The notes: a model not told the origin generated them from the letters alone. A stretch of DNA of 64,000 nt from Mobula hypostoma (GCF_963921235.1 NC_086118.1:20338001-20402000); one strand, 5' to 3'. Numbered from the stretch's first letter, positions 11,135 through 25,368 are shown. Numbers and translations: made by a program.

Positions 11135-12810
11135 TCATCATCCCCTCAAAACTAATCAATACAGTTCAAGACCTTGACCTCAATACCTCCTTGTGCAATT
11201 AGATTTCTCGATTTCCTCATTTACAGACCCCGGTCGGTTCGGATTGACAACAAGATCTCCTTCACCATCACCATCAGCACAAGTGCACCACAAAGCTGTG
11301 TGCTTAGTCCCCTGTTCTACTCACTTTACACTAATGACCGGGTGGCTAAACACAGCTGCAATGCCATATTTAAGCTTGCTGATGACACCACTGTTCTAGG
11401 CCAAATCAAAGGTGGTGACAGATCAGCATATAGGAGGGAGATTGAAAATTTGGCTGAGTGGTGCCATTCAATGTCAGCAAAAACCAAGGAACTGATTTTT
11501 GACTTCAGGAGGAGGAAACCAGAGGTCCATCAGCCAGTTCTCATCAGAGGATCAGCAACTTTAAATTCCTCGGTGTTATCATTTGTAGGACCTGTCCTGG
11601 GCCCAGCGTGTAAGTGGAATTACGAAGAAAGCACAGCAGCACCTCTACTCCCTTAGGAGTTTGTGAAGATCTGGCCTGGCATATAAAACTTCGCAAACAT
11701 CTGAAGATGTGTGGTGGAGGGTATATCGACTGGCCACACCACAGCCTAGTGTGGAAATGAGCAATACCCTTGAATGGAAAATTCTACAAAAGGTAGAGGA
11801 TACGGCCCAGTCCATCATGGGTAAAGTCCTCCCCACTGTTAAGCACATCTACACAAAGTGTTGTCACAGGGAAGCAGCATCCATCATTGGGGACATCCAC
11901 CACCCAGGTCATGCTCTCCTCTCGTCGCTACCATCAGAAAGAAGGTACAGGAGCCTCAGACTGATGCCACCAGTTTAGGAAATATAATTACCCCTCAACC
12001 GTCAGGCTCTTGAACCATTGGGGATAATTTGGAGACAGATGTGAAAGCACAGAGGAACATCTGGAGATATTTCTGAAACGCTCGTTGGCTACTGTTGTTA
12101 CTGCGCGATTGTGAATCTTCCGGAGGGAAGGCCTCAAAATCCCCGGCTTTGCCTACTGTTGGCGACCGAGATTGAGGTCGAATTGCTCAGATAGAGATGG
12201 TGCTCGGTACTTGGTGTCGGAGAGCTGATCGGAGGCTCGAAGTTTTCAGATGACTCATGAGTCGGATTATGGTCGGGCATGGCAGGGAGAGTTTTTCTTC
12301 CTTCTCCCGTCTGCATGAGATGTGGGACATTTGAGAGATTTTGAACTTTTTACTGTGCTCATGGACTGTTCTTCATCAAGTTATAGTATTGTTGCACTGT
12401 TGTAGCTATATGTTATAATTATGTGGTTTTGTTAGTTTTTTCAGTCTTGGTCTGTCCTGTGTTTTGTGATATCACACCGGAGGAAATATTGTATCATTTC
12501 TTAATGCATGCATAACTAAATGACAATAAAAGAGGACTGTGTGTCTTCATAATCTAAAAATTTCACTCATCTTCACTTGCCACATCATTGAACTATTCCC
12601 ACAAACTATGAATTCACTTTCAAGAACTCTCCATCTCATGCTCTCTATTTTCATTTGTAATTGCAGTTTGTTGTCTTTTGCAACTGGTTGAATGCCCAAA
12701 TTTGTGCAGTCTTTCATTTATTCTATTATGAGTATGCCAGAAAGAAAATGAATTTCATGATTGTATATACTGGTGTATATGTAATTTGATAATAAATTTA
12801 CTTTGAACCT
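11135..12810 (+). mobile_element. Rex1/Babar LINE, 3' part (RT and 3' UTR), interrupted at ~12030-12558
   Basis: APQSCVLSPLFYSLYT, KLADDTTVLG, HPGHALLSSLPSERRYRS. Tail AATAAATTTACTTTGAAC. Confidence 0.85.
12030..12558 (+). mobile_element. Unclassified retroposon 3' end inserted in the Rex1 3' UTR
   Basis: Retains CpG, ends AATAAA..ATAATCTAA, and is flanked by a short AATTT duplication. The Rex1 UTR resumes afterwards. Confidence 0.5.
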
Positions 12811-14679
12811 TTACAGACCCAATATCAAACCAGACTTTAGCATTATCCACAATGCCATTTAGCATGTGTTCTCTTTCTGCTGCATGGTTTATTTGCACCT
12901 AAAATAACACAAATATACATATATTTACTTTATTATTCCATCTTCCCTATTAGTGGCCAAATAGGAGACAACTCCCTTCTCTTCACTTGTGCTACTGTCA
13001 ATGATTAAATGAGATGCAACAGAATGACCCAGTTCGTTATGGAGATATTTTTAAGATTGTCCTCTGAAATGAGGTGGGTAGATGCAATAAATCAGTTAAG
13101 ATCAAGCCTTGTGTATTATAATGGATACTTATAGCAACTCATCAAATGATGATTTTTGAGGGGTGTGGCTTTTTCTAAGCAGCCTGCTCGGAATTGTGGG
13201 AAATTTTTTGCACAAACTGAAGGTGAAGTGGGAATGGGAATTTTAAAGCTGCAGTGGTAACGTTTCTTATTTAGACTTGAAAAGTTCGATTGTTGTTGGC
13301 TGAAGTTATTCGATAATCTTGCGTGAAATAATGTTCCTGGAGTTCTGGGCAGAAATGTATGTATTTTCTTATTCTCTCTTGCAGTCATTCTCAAAGCTAC
13401 AGCACTGTGTACTATAAGCTCACAAAAATTGTTGTGCCATGTTCTGCTTCCCACAAGGTGAGGTGCAGAGGCAGGCTTACCTACCTGACGCAAACTAGTC
13501 TGATACCAAAGAATCTGATAGATATGGTCATTGATGAAATTAAAAATTCTATATCTAAAAGTCTTTTCAAGAGTGCTCATGAACTGAATTTTATATCTCA
13601 TGAATACAGTATGTATTATTCTCTGCACTAATTATCAAAACTATTAAAATGAGAAAACAAATTAATCTCCACCCAGATCTCTAAGACACTACTTCACCCC
13701 AAATTATCCAATTGCAGTTAAGAGCAACCTAGTTTTTCAAGTCCAAATCAGAAAAAAAGGTCAGTAAAGTCAGATCCCATTAAATACTTTGAGATCTCTT
13801 AAATCTGATTCAAGATTTTATCAAACACTAAATGTTGTATAACTCTTAGGCTGAAACATTATGAACAAGAATTGCACTTGGTTACAGTCACAAAGAATAG
13901 TCCCTTGACATCCTGCTGTGGAATGTCACTTGCTGTTCACATTCTAGAAGAACATTGATGTAATAATGAGCTTAATGACTCTGCCTCTTTAGTAATAATT
14001 TTGACTCTGCAGCTTTTTTAAAAAAGAATATCAATAAGATTATAATCCAATCCTAATTTCAATAAAATCATTAATCAAACTCAATCCCTTTACATGCCAA
14101 GATAGCATGCTGTCTGTTAGTATTACAAGCTTTCCACTAAATGATTGTCTCAGCTAATATGTATCCTATTTGATTTTAAATGGTGTGTACTTAAGAGTGA
14201 GGTGATGTAGCAAATGGAAGCATTAGCCTGGTTCTTCATGGACCTTTCCCTCAAAGAGTGCTCCATTCATTCTGGTGATTCTAATCATATTGTTGCTTAA
14301 AATTAACGATAATAATTTCAAAGCCCATTTAGCAATTTCCCAACAGCTCAGTTTGCTAATAGACAGTACTTGGATTTTTTATTGGATAAAAATCTGCTTA
14401 TAATACTACTTCTACATCATTATGTTTCTGTTTCCTGAAGATTACATCACTGGAAACTGGAAGGAATGTGGGAAGTAATGGCTCATATAATCAGTAACAG
14501 TCCAGTAATGACACATCAGTGTAGCTTAGATTTAAAATGTATGTAATTACAGCAGAAACAAAAACAAAAATACTGAAATGAGGGATTTTAATTGATTTCC
14601 TTTGAGTGACACTAAAAGCAGTTCACGAATATCATATCAGCCTAAGTCGGAACTAATGATTTTGAAATGTACTTTTAAT

Positions 14680-17160
14680 CTCTCATGGTCCCAGAACACA
14701 TCATCCACAGACATAAAAGTTCACCAATGCCTCTACTTTCTGAGGAGGCTGAAGAGTGCTGGACTAAGCACATCCATACTCCTGACCTTCCACAGATGCA
14801 CAGATGAGAGCAGGCTCACATGCTGCATCATTGCACGGCATGGAATCTGCCCTGCGGCAGACAGGAGGTCTCTGCAACAGGTAGTTAAAACTGCCCAATG
14901 ACTCACTGGCATCAAGGACAGATACTTTATACTTTATACTTTATTGTCGCCAAACAATTGATACTGGAATGTACAATCATCAGAGCGATATTTGATTCTG
15001 CGCTTCCCGCTCCCTAGATTACAAATATTAAATATTAAAAATATTTAAAATAGTAAAAATTAGTAAGTATTAAAAATTTAAATTATAAATCATAAATAGG
15101 AAATAGAAAAATGGAAAGTAAGGTAGTGCAAAAAAACTGAGAGGCAGGTCCGGATATTTGGAGGGTACGGCCCAGATCCAGGTCAGGATCCGTTCAGCAA
15201 TCTTATCACAGTTGGAAAGAAGCTGTTCCCAAATCTGGCCATACAAGTCTTCATGCTCCTGAGCCTTCTCCCGGAGTGAAGAGGGACGAAGAGTGTGCTG
15301 GCTGGCTGGGTCGTGTCCTTGATTATCCTGGCAGCACTGCTCCGACAGCGTGCGGTGTAAGGTGAGTCCAAGGATGGAAAATTGGTTTGTGTGATGTGCT
15401 GCACCATGTTCACGATCTTCTGCAGCTTCTTTCGGTCTTGGACAGGACAACTTCCATACCAGGTTGTGATGCACCCTAGAAGAATGCTTTCTACGGTGCA
15501 TCTATAAAAATTAGTGAGGGTTTTAGGGGACAGGGCAAATTTCTTTAGTTTTCTCAGGAAGTAAAGGCGCTGGTGGGCCTTCTTGGCAGTGAACTCTGCT
15601 TGGTTGGACCAAGTCAGGTGATTTGTGATATTGACCTCGAGGAACTTAAAGCTTTTGTTCTGTTCCACTTGCGCACCACCGTTGTAAATTGGGTCGTGTG
15701 GTCCGCTACTCCTCCTGAAGTCAACAACCAATTCCTTCGTCTTGCTGATGTTGAGGGATAGGTTATTGTCTTCACACCATGCCACCAGGTTCTTAATTTC
15801 CTCTCTGTACTCTAACTCATCATTACCTGAGATACTGCCTACAATTGTTGTGTCATCAGCAAACTTATATATTGAGTTTGATGGAAACTTGGCTACACAA
15901 TCATGGGTGTACAGTGAGTACAGCAGGGGGCTGAGTACACAGCCTTGTGGGGCACCAGTGCTCAAAGTGATTGTAGAGAAGAGCTTGTCCCCTAATTTTA
16001 CAGCCTGGGTCCTGTCTGTGAGGAAGTTGAAGATCCAGCTGCAGATCTGTGTGCTAAGGCCCAGATTCCGGAGCTTAGGAATCAGTTTATTTGGAATGAT
16101 GGTATTAAAAGCAGAGCTGTAGTCAATGAAAAGGAGCCTTATGTGTGCGTCTTTATTCTCCAGGTGTAGGGCCAGAGAGATGGCATCTGCCATTGACCTG
16201 TTGCTCCGGTAGGCGAATTGCAAAGCGTCGAGGATGACGGTAGGCTGTGGTTAATGTGTGCCATAACCAATCTCTCAAAACACTTCATAGCGATTGATGT
16301 CAGAGCCACAGGTCAATAGTCATTCAGGCATGCCACCTTGCTCTTCTTTGGCACTAGGATTATCGTTGCCTTCTTAAAACACGAAGGGATCTTAGACTGA
16401 AGCAAGGAGCAATTGAAGATGTCAGCAAACACTCCAGCTAGCTCGCTTGCACAGGCCTGGAGAACCCATCCTGGGATGCCATCTGGGCCCGTCGCCTTCC
16501 TTGGATTTATCTTCAGGCAGGCCCTTCTAACGTCCTCCTCGGTGACGATGAATCTTGATGCCACCAGGTCCGGTTCATCCACAGGGAGCGGGACGCTCCT
16601 CTTCGGTTTGAATCATGCATATAATATGTTAAGTTCGTCAGGAAGAGAAGCGCCACAGCTATTGATATTCCCAGCCTTTTTTTTTTGCACCCAGTGATCT
16701 CATTTAGACCCTGCCCTGATATACAGAAAGGTGCCAAGAAGGCCAACAATATCACAAAGGATCCCACCCACCCTGCTTATGGAATACATATCCCACACCC
16801 ATTAGGAAAGGGGGACATATATGTCCCACACCAGGACCACTAGACTCAAAAGATGTTACTTCACCCAAGCCATCAGGATGCTCAACATCTCCACCCATTA
16901 ACCCACCTCTTCATCCCCATACCATTACATACACATCACCTGGTGTCACTTTATGTACATAGAGTCAATCTATGAAAATAACAGTTACTTGTACATTCTG
17001 TTTTATTGAATTGTTTTATGCTTATATTTATTGTTCTTTTTATTGTTTTCTTTATGCTTATTGTGTTTTGGATGCTTCATGAGGTCCACAGTAACAATTA
17101 TTTCATTCTCCTTTACACTTGTGTACTGAAAAATGACAGTGCACAATCTTGAATCCTGAA
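14680..17160 (+). mobile_element. Older Rex1/Babar 3' fragment (14680-14924 and 16717-17160) split by a younger antisense Rex1
   Basis: HQCLYFLRRLKSAGLS..LQQVVKTAQ, continuing after the insertion with ITKDPTHP. Tail AATCTTGAATCCTGAA. Confidence 0.7.
14925..16716 (-). mobile_element. Younger 5'-truncated Rex1/Babar LINE with RT ORF 15183-16223
   Basis: [35 protein letters not shown]. (GTATAAA)n 3' tail. Confidence 0.92.
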
Positions 17161-17629
17161 CCTTAAGGAAAAGGCTATTAATGTTTCAACATGTCATCAG
17201 TGACTGAGCTTTAATCACTGTTAATTAGTGGCAGAGTTCTTTGCAAGATGGTGCAAAGTATACCATGTAAGAGCAAGACCTTTTTTTCAAACAGAATAAT
17301 TCTGTAGAAAATCTTGTTAGACGTGGAAGAGAAGAAAAAGAAAAGCCCACAACAATTGGTAGATTAAAGTTGTGATAAAACAGGATTGAAGTCTGCAGAT
17401 TTTCTCTTGAAGTAAGACTTTCTTGCGCTGCATCGACTATTTGTTTAAATGTGTGCCCTACATTCTGATGTTTCATGCTACAGACTCCGATGGAAATAAA
17501 AGAAATTTAACCTTCACAGTCCCCAATGCTGTTATTAACAGTGGTATTGTTTTAAGTGGCCAAGATTGAATTGTGGAGAAGACTTGATGGGCTGAATGGC
17601 CTAATTCAGCTCCTGCATCTTACTTATTT

Positions 17630-17795
17630 AAAGTACAATGTGGTAACAACTCCTTCCAGCCCAATGAGCCCATGCTGCCTAATTATACCCATGTGACCAA
17701 TTAACCTACTAACTTGTATGTATCTGAAATGTGAGAGGACCCAGAGGAAACCTACATAGTCATGGGGAGAATGCACAATCTCTTTACAGACTGTG
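17630..17795 (-). mobile_element. V-SINE fragment inserted in a CR1 tail
   Basis: CAATTAACCTACT..CCCAGAGGAAACC..CATGGGGAGAA similar to the SINE at 27720-28004. Confidence 0.55.
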
Positions 17796-18577
17796 TCTTA
17801 TGGTCTAATGATATACGTCCATGAATTGTTTTCTCTGCAAAACATATTTCCTCAGGTTTTGATTTTGAAAAATGAAGTTTGTACACTGTACACCAAGACC
17901 AATTGACCAAACTATGCTTTATCTTTAGTCATTCTAGAACAAAGAAGTATATATTGTGTGAGAATATTTTTGGATTGCTCTTTGAAATTACCTCACAAAA
18001 TCAATCACCTCAGAGATCATCATTCTAAAACATCCAAGATTTTAAGGTGGAAGGCAACAATTAGCGAGTATGGTTTGATAGATTGGGTGTAATTAAGGTA
18101 TTGTCATGTGTGATCATTGGCTTAAAAAGTTCTCTCTCCATGCACGCTATTTAATATGTTTAGCATTTCTTGGATTTCTATTTGTGTTAACTCAAGCCAA
18201 AAGATGCTTTATTTTATACATTTAGATTCAATGACATGTAGTGTGGATTTATTTTGATGAACTCTACATTATATCGCTACCCAAATGTATGGGTAATTTT
18301 TGAATGGGATCTAAGTATGGAGAATCCTTATGGTTACAGTTTGAACAATATGAAACACCTATATGTCAGTCAACAATACATCTACAATGTTTCCTGCTAA
18401 AGGAAATCCTAGCTCAGCAATATCAATGGTATCAAGGTAAGCAACTGCTTCGTGCAAACAAGGGTCTAGTTTGCAGAGCCAGAGACTTGGGCAGCATCCT
18501 CAAACAGGTCATCTAGGACAATGGTGACAAGCCCCAATAAACCAAGTGTCAGAGGACAAATATGAAGAACGAACAGG

Positions 18578-18901
18578 TACAAGGCCTGCACGGGCAGGCA
18601 CCTCCCAGTCTCCACCCAGTTACAACAGTCACCTACCACTCGTTTCCAAGTCATTGCCTGCACACTATTTAAACTCAGCTCTCATCCACAATCCCTGTTC
18701 ACTCAGACAAAGCACCTAGGCACAGCCTGTTGCTTCTAGCCTTCAGTTACCTTGTTGCCTGTGAGTTTAATATCTGTTCTCTCTTGCTTTTTGGCCCTTC
18801 ATAACTTGCTATTTTGCAGCTGATTATTAAAGAAATCATCCCGTGCTGAATCATCTCCTCTGCTCTGCATTTGGGTTAAGCCTCCTCTACATTTCCTGAC
18901 A
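18578..18901 (+). mobile_element. Solo LTR of the same family as 1312-1626
   Basis: Alignable to the reverse complement of 1312-1626 and ends CCTGACA. TSD ACAGG/ACTGG. Confidence 0.75.
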
Positions 18902-19596
18902 ACTGGTCAATAAAAAACATGAGAATTCCTTTGCAAGGCATATGAAGAATGGAGCAAAAAGATGGTAGGCTATGGACCAAGTGCTGGGAGATGGGATTAA
19001 TATGAAAAAATCCCCACTCAGTGGCGTGCACAAGTGCAGCCAAATGTCCTGCCTCCATGCTGTCTTTTCAATGTCTGTAAATTATCAGTGGTCATGACTC
19101 TTCTTGAGAAATAGAGCAATATTTTTCTGCTTTACTACTGCTTAAACACTGAGTGAGTTAAGTCACATTGGACATCCAGTTACAATCATATTGGGCTTGA
19201 CATTTTCACAATCTTTTGAAAAAATCATTTAGATCATCAGGGCAAAAGATTAGCAGAACAGACTTTTGTTGTGACTTTATAGAAAATGGCATTGTAAAGG
19301 CATACGTAATCATTCTTTTATAAAAGTACAATTTGTTTTTAAACAGAAGATTCCTTGGCTAGTCAGGCCAATAGAATAGAGAAATAGTGTTAGACTTTGG
19401 GCCAATAGTCAACGTTTTACGGCCAGTGACAAGCTGCTTGCAACAAAGTAGATACGAAGACAATTTAAAATCGGTTTTATAAAAATACATCCTTCCACTC
19501 TACAATTTAATTCAGTCATCCCCCTGGGTTGTTTCATAAGTAAACTCTTGTAGCACACTGAAACAAAAAGAAGAAAAAAAGAGTGATATTAACAAA

Positions 19597-20837
19597 GGTC
19601 TGTGTGGATTGGTGATAATATACACAAAACACTGGAGGAACTCAGCAGATCGGGCAGCATCCGTGGAAACGAAGAGTCAACGTTTTGGGCCGAGACCATT
19701 CGTCAGGACTCAACCCAAAACGTTGACTGTTCATTTCCACGGATGCTGCCTAATCTGCTGAGTTCCTCCAGCATTTTGTGCATGTTGCTTTGACCCCAGC
19801 ATCTGCAGAATATTTTGTGTTGGTGATAACATATCCTCTTCACTGACGATCAACACTAGCACACCTCAGGGGAGTGTGCTTAGCCCACTGCTCTACTCTC
19901 TATATACACATGACTGTGTGGCTAGGCTTAGCTCAAATACCATCTACAAATTTGCTGACGATACAACCATTGTTGGTAGAATCTCAGGTGGTGACGAGAG
20001 GGCGTACAGGAGTGAGATATGCCAACTAGTGGAGTGGTGCTGCAGCAACAACCTGGCACTCAACGTCAGTAAGACAAAAGAGCTGATTGTGGACTTCAGG
20101 AAGAGTAAGATGAAGGAGCACATACCAATCCTCAGAGAGGGATCAGAAGCGGAGAGGGTGAGCAGCTTCATGTTCCTGGGTGTCAAGATCTCTGAGGATC
20201 TAACCTGGTCCCAACATATTGATGTAGTCATAAAGAAGGCAAGACAGCAGCTATACTTTATTAGGAGTTTGAAGCGATTTGGTTTGTCAACAAATACGCT
20301 CAAAAACTTCTATAGTTGTACTGTGGAGAGCATTCTGATGGGCTGCGTCACTGTCTGGTATGGAGGGGCTACTACACAGGACCGAAAGAAGCTGCAGAAG
20401 GTTGTAAATCTAGTCAGCTCCATTTTGGGCATTAGCCTACAAAGTACCCAGGACATCTTTAGGAACCGGTGTCTCAGAAAGGCAATGTCCATTATTAAAG
20501 ACCTCCAGAACTTTTCTCGCTGTTAACATCAGGTAGGAGATACAGAAGCCTGAAGGCACACACTCAGCGATTCAGAAACAGCTTCTTCCCCTTTGCCATC
20601 TGATCCCTAAAGGGACTTTGAAGCTTTGGACACGACCTCACTTTTTTAATATACAGTATTTCTGTTTTTGCATGTTTTTTAATAATCTATTCAATATATG
20701 TAATTGATTTACTTTATTATTATGTTTTATTTTTTTTCTCTCTCTCTACTAGATTATGTATTGCATTGAACTGCTGCTGCGAAGTTAACAAATTTCATGT
20801 CACATGCTGGTGATAATAAACCTGATTCTGATTCTGA
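19597..20837 (+). mobile_element. Rex1/Babar 3' fragment (RT ORF 19876-20526)
   Basis: [18 protein letters not shown]. Tail AATAAAC(CTGATT)n. Confidence 0.9.
19619..19819. mobile_element. PLE mini-hairpin inserted in Rex1
   Basis: Inverted arms, decayed hammerhead at 19675-19710 (minus), TSD TTGGTGATAA at 19609-19618 and 19820-19829. Confidence 0.8.
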
Positions 20838-21370
20838 AGAGTGACCTTTGGTCATTTTTACCTTGGGTGGTAACCTGAATATATAGTAATGGAACCTGCA
20901 TGATTAACATTTGGATACAGTTTGTGGCTAGTTAATCTAAAGGTTATTATGTGGACTATAAGGTGGTGATGAAGTATTGCAGCACTTGAGTACCATTTGA
21001 AGGTACTGCTGTGCAAAGTACATCAACAGGGAGTACACAATCAGAATCACAGTCCAAGCCCTCATGCAGCTTCACAGCTTTTGGGGTATGCGTTACAAAA
21101 CTAAGTTTCAATTTAAAACTCATACATTTTAAAAGGACAAAAGGCTCTATCAGTTGTACCTATCACCAAAGTGGCTTGGATCATTTCTAGGTTTCCTTGA
21201 CACTGCCGCCGCTTCTCGACAAGGGTGGCAGCCGATTTTGGGGCACCTGTCCAAATGCAGAAGGTCTATTTGCATATGAGATCCATCAGTCATTTCTTGC
21301 CTGGAGTACACCACCAGGCCCACATGGAGCCCAACAGTGAAGCAAAACCTTGCTGGAATTCCCCAGGATT

Positions 21371-21775
21371 CTTTTTTTTTTAATTTTATTTTTATTTGGA
21401 TAAGGAGTTCACAATTATCATGTACTTTTTTCACACATATAACCTTTTCCATTTTTTTTATATGTATAAAACTACAATTATTTATACATTCTTAAGTACA
21501 CATTGAGATGATATAAAAGCAAAATAAACATTTAAATAGATAATTATGTACTGTGGTAAATCTAACCTATTAGGCTAAGTAATGAAATTAGTTGTTAAGA
21601 AAAATGGTAATAGTAGTTTTCATACAACCCTTCTGGACCATTTCCACTGGTCCAAAATGTTGCATACAAGCCTATATACCAACCATTGTAGGTGTTTATA
21701 TCCCAATTTGTTCGTGCTTGTTCCTGCCCACAGATATAATTATCCAATCCCTATGTACTTATTTACTTATTGGAA
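21371..21775 (-). mobile_element. Probable poly(A)-tailed LINE 3' UTR fragment
   Basis: Starts abruptly with a poly-T run and TTTATT signals. No coding motif recognised. Confidence 0.4.
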
Positions 21776-24091
21776 CCTGTGCCAGAGCTAACATAGCAGT
21801 GTTGAGGCCATTTATCTTAATGGCCAGGAATGGTTATGATGGAATAGTAATATTTAGTGTGTGTTTTCCAGTTAATTGAATTTGTTTAAATACTTTAATA
21901 TTTAATCCTTTATTTTTTATTGTTTAATAGTTATCAATGTTTTATTTTTAATGGTGAATGCATATTGCATAAGTAGTGAATGAGCGAATGAACATGTTAG
22001 CCCTCAGTTTCAGCTGATATCAGAAGCCTATGGCAATATGAAAGCAGCAAGGACTAAAAGTTTTAAGCGCTTCACTAACATTAGGGCGCAATCTGCAGTT
22101 ATGGTACTGTATTTAGCAAATACAAATTTCAACAGCAGCCAGTCTTCAGACCTGAATGTGGATTGTAGATTAAATCTGAAATGCAGTTCTGAACAATGGT
22201 ATTCCTGAAGCTACGTTTTGGGGTTGACTACAAACAAAGAAACTCTCGATCTGACCTCAGATGCCTGCATGTGTATGAATCAGTGGGAATTAACATTCAT
22301 TTTGGGTGTCCGGAGTGTGGGTGTTTGAAAATTATATGTAATTCAAAGGAAGCATTGTAGATAGACTGTAACTATAGAATTGTCCTGCTGTTGATCTTTA
22401 GCATATAAAAGTGTCATGTAATATTGGGTTAGGCAGGCCTCCTCTTCCAAGAGTGTCAGAAGTATGATGCCATTGCTCATTTTGCTGAATAAAGACTTCT
22501 ATATCCACCAGATTCATTGTCTCTCCAGTGACTTTGCTCACACAACAACAGGCAACACCAATCCTACAGTGCAGACTGAGTGAAGTATCCTTGTAAATGG
22601 TTGTACATTTTCTCCCTGATCCACAGCCAATGGGCAGCTTGTTGGTGTCTGATGTGGCCAGTCCAGCTCAATACCTATACAGTTCACTGCCACAACTTCT
22701 TCCAACTCATCAATAATCCATTTTAATTTTATTATTTGCATTTTTCTACCTTCCATTACAACTGCCTTTACATTAAATAGGTTTACATAGTATGCAACAA
22801 AATATTACAGCACAACAAGGCATCAGATTCATTCTCCAAATTGTACTGAGTTGGCTACCTTAGCTAGCGTTACATTTGGAGCAGTATTATAGTCCCGTGG
22901 TAGGAGGGAATTCAAAGCTATCCAATATCCTCCACTGAATCAGTGCTTAGTTAGGTAAAGCCAGTATAATAGAGCTTCCAACTTATATACTTCTACAATC
23001 AAAATGTTTCCCTCACTGCAAGCCATAAAGAATATTTACTTAAATAACGTACTGAAGGGCAACTCGAAAGACAAGAAACCACAGAAATTAACGATAGTGA
23101 TTCACTAACAAAAATGCGCAATATATGAAAATACAGTGTACATTTTTTTAAAATTGCTGATGTAAGTAAAACATTGTAACTGTAAATCAGGAAAATGTAT
23201 TTTGTCTCCTTGTAGCACAGAGGGTGATTACACTCAGTCATTTTCATGAGGTAGTTTATTTGGAAATAGTTGGCTCTGGATATTTGCTACCCTCCACGTT
23301 AAATTGAGTATCACTGAGTATCTGAGTAACCGTTGGATGATTACAAATCCATAATCCATTCAAGTTTCTTTGGCATCATACAACATAACAGTAATAAATC
23401 AAACTGTTTAACATTTTTAATCAAAATTTACTTTTTATCTTTCCATCTCCTATTGACCATTCTGGGGTACAATTCAATTAGCACCTGCAAATCTGTTTGG
23501 TATATTTAATCAAAACACCAGTAGACAAAAGATGAATATGTTATCATTCAACTTCAAGCATCTTTGGCTTTAAAACTGTGGGATTTTAAAAAACATTATC
23601 ATCGTTTTGTTCTTCTTGTTTTGTGTCAGTTTTATATTTATACAACTGCCTGCCTGCAATCTGGCAGAGTTAGAGACTGGATTATGCCTGTGTTTCATTA
23701 CATTGAACTTAATGCTCTTTTGTAAAAAATATTATTGCCAGTTTAAATGCTGTTGCAAACTAATATAAATGTCATTATTAAGTTTACAGGCCGTAAAGCA
23801 GTATATTTTCTAACCAAAATAATAGCACAAACATGTAGTTTATAAAAGTCACAGTTAATAATAAATGATTTCACAAAGGAAAATGATTCAATGCTACAAT
23901 GCTCATTAACAATAAAACATCATGAGGGAATTGAGGTAATCATTAAATAATTAGATCTACAGCAACACTTACATTTTTTTGTTCCATTATGGGAACGAAG
24001 TCCACAGGAGGTAATCAATACTTGTAGTGACTTTAATATTGAAGGAAAAATTATTAAAATAGATTAAGAAACTGTGATAAGTGAACAGTGG

Positions 24092-24275
24092 CACACACAA
24101 AATTTAGGAGGAATTCAACAAGTCAAGCAGCACTTTACAATCCTGATGAAGGGGCTCAGCTTAAAACTTAGAATATTTATTCCCTTCCGTAGATGCTGCC
24201 TGACCTGCTGAGTTCCTCCAGCAGTTTGAATGTGCTGCTCAAGATCTCCAGCATCTGTAGAATCTCTTGTGTTTA
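24092..24275. mobile_element. Degraded PLE mini-hairpin
   Basis: CACACACAAAA..GGAGGAA arm, CTGATGAAGGG core remnant, GATGCTGCCTGACCTGCTGAGTTCC arm and tail. Confidence 0.7.
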
Positions 24276-24653
24276 CAGTGTGGTCTTTCTGGATGAATGT
24301 GCCTTCCTATGTTGAACAGGCTTCATCAGTGAGTCAAAGGCTCATAAGCTGAGCACAAAATTCCATGATTATATCTAGCCTAGATTCTAGATGTAGAGTT
24401 ACCAGTCACAAAGCTTCAACCTTAAATAAAACAAGAATTATATCAATGCAACTAGCATTTCCCAGCCTCGACCAACACAAGCAGAGCTGTTATGCAGATT
24501 GGTCACCTCTTATCTGAAATGTCTGGGGCCAGAAGTGTTGCAGATTTTGAAATTTTTTGGATTTTGGAATATTTCTATCTATATAATAAGATACCTTGGG
24601 GGTGGAACCCAAGTCTAATCACGAAATCCATTTACATTGCATTTACAACTTAT

Positions 24654-25078
24654 TGTAATGGGCTCTTCGGGCCCGTATGGGGCACCAGAGAGTGTTGGAC
24701 TGACTCCAAGGTGTTTAGAGAACTTGAATTGGTTATTTGTTGATTAACAAGAGTCATTAATCGTTTAGAGTTCCTTGTGTATTTCTCAAGCAACTTGCTC
24801 TGTGTAATGCGGTCTCCTGGTGCTTTCTGTTTAAGATTGTTAAGTTTATTTTAATAAATTCAGAGATTCCACGTTGCTTGCATTATTTAAGTAGATGCTC
24901 AATTAGCACTAATTTGCGGGGTCCTAGTTTTGAGAATGATACTTCTTGTAATGTTACTCAGCCGAACTACCAATATTCTTTTGGAATTATTGTGCATAAA
25001 TTTTCATTGCCATCTCTACTTCTGAGACTGTCTTTCCACCGTACTTGGGTTCTAATATTGCCAGTGCACATCATGACG
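24654..25078. mobile_element. Solo LTR nested in the Tigger element
   Basis: TGTAATG...CATGACG termini with a perfect 5-bp TSD CTTAT (24649-24653 and 25079-25083). Confidence 0.7.
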
Positions 25079-25368
25079 CTTATACGTATATCCTGGAGGT
25101 AGTTTATATAATATTTTTAATAATTTTGTGAATGAAATGACAATATGTACTTTGAACCATCAAAGTTAAGCTATCACTACCTCGGCTGCCCAGGTGGACA
25201 GTCAGTGGCGGTTTGGCATCGCCATCATTCCTGACTCTGAATATATGTGCTACCAGTAAGCAGTCTTTGTCTAACACTTGTTCATCACACATATGTACTG
25301 ATGCAGCCATTCAGCATGTAGATTTTCAGCAGTGATGATCATAGCAAACTCATCAATGAATTTCTCTG

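Noticed and set aside
13116..13628. 170-aa minus-strand ORF
   Set aside because: No recognisable homology or coding-like composition; likely chance.
22210..22550. Possible solo LTR ending ACAACA
   Set aside because: Has an AATAAA and an LTR-like end, but I could not define a 5' boundary or TSD.
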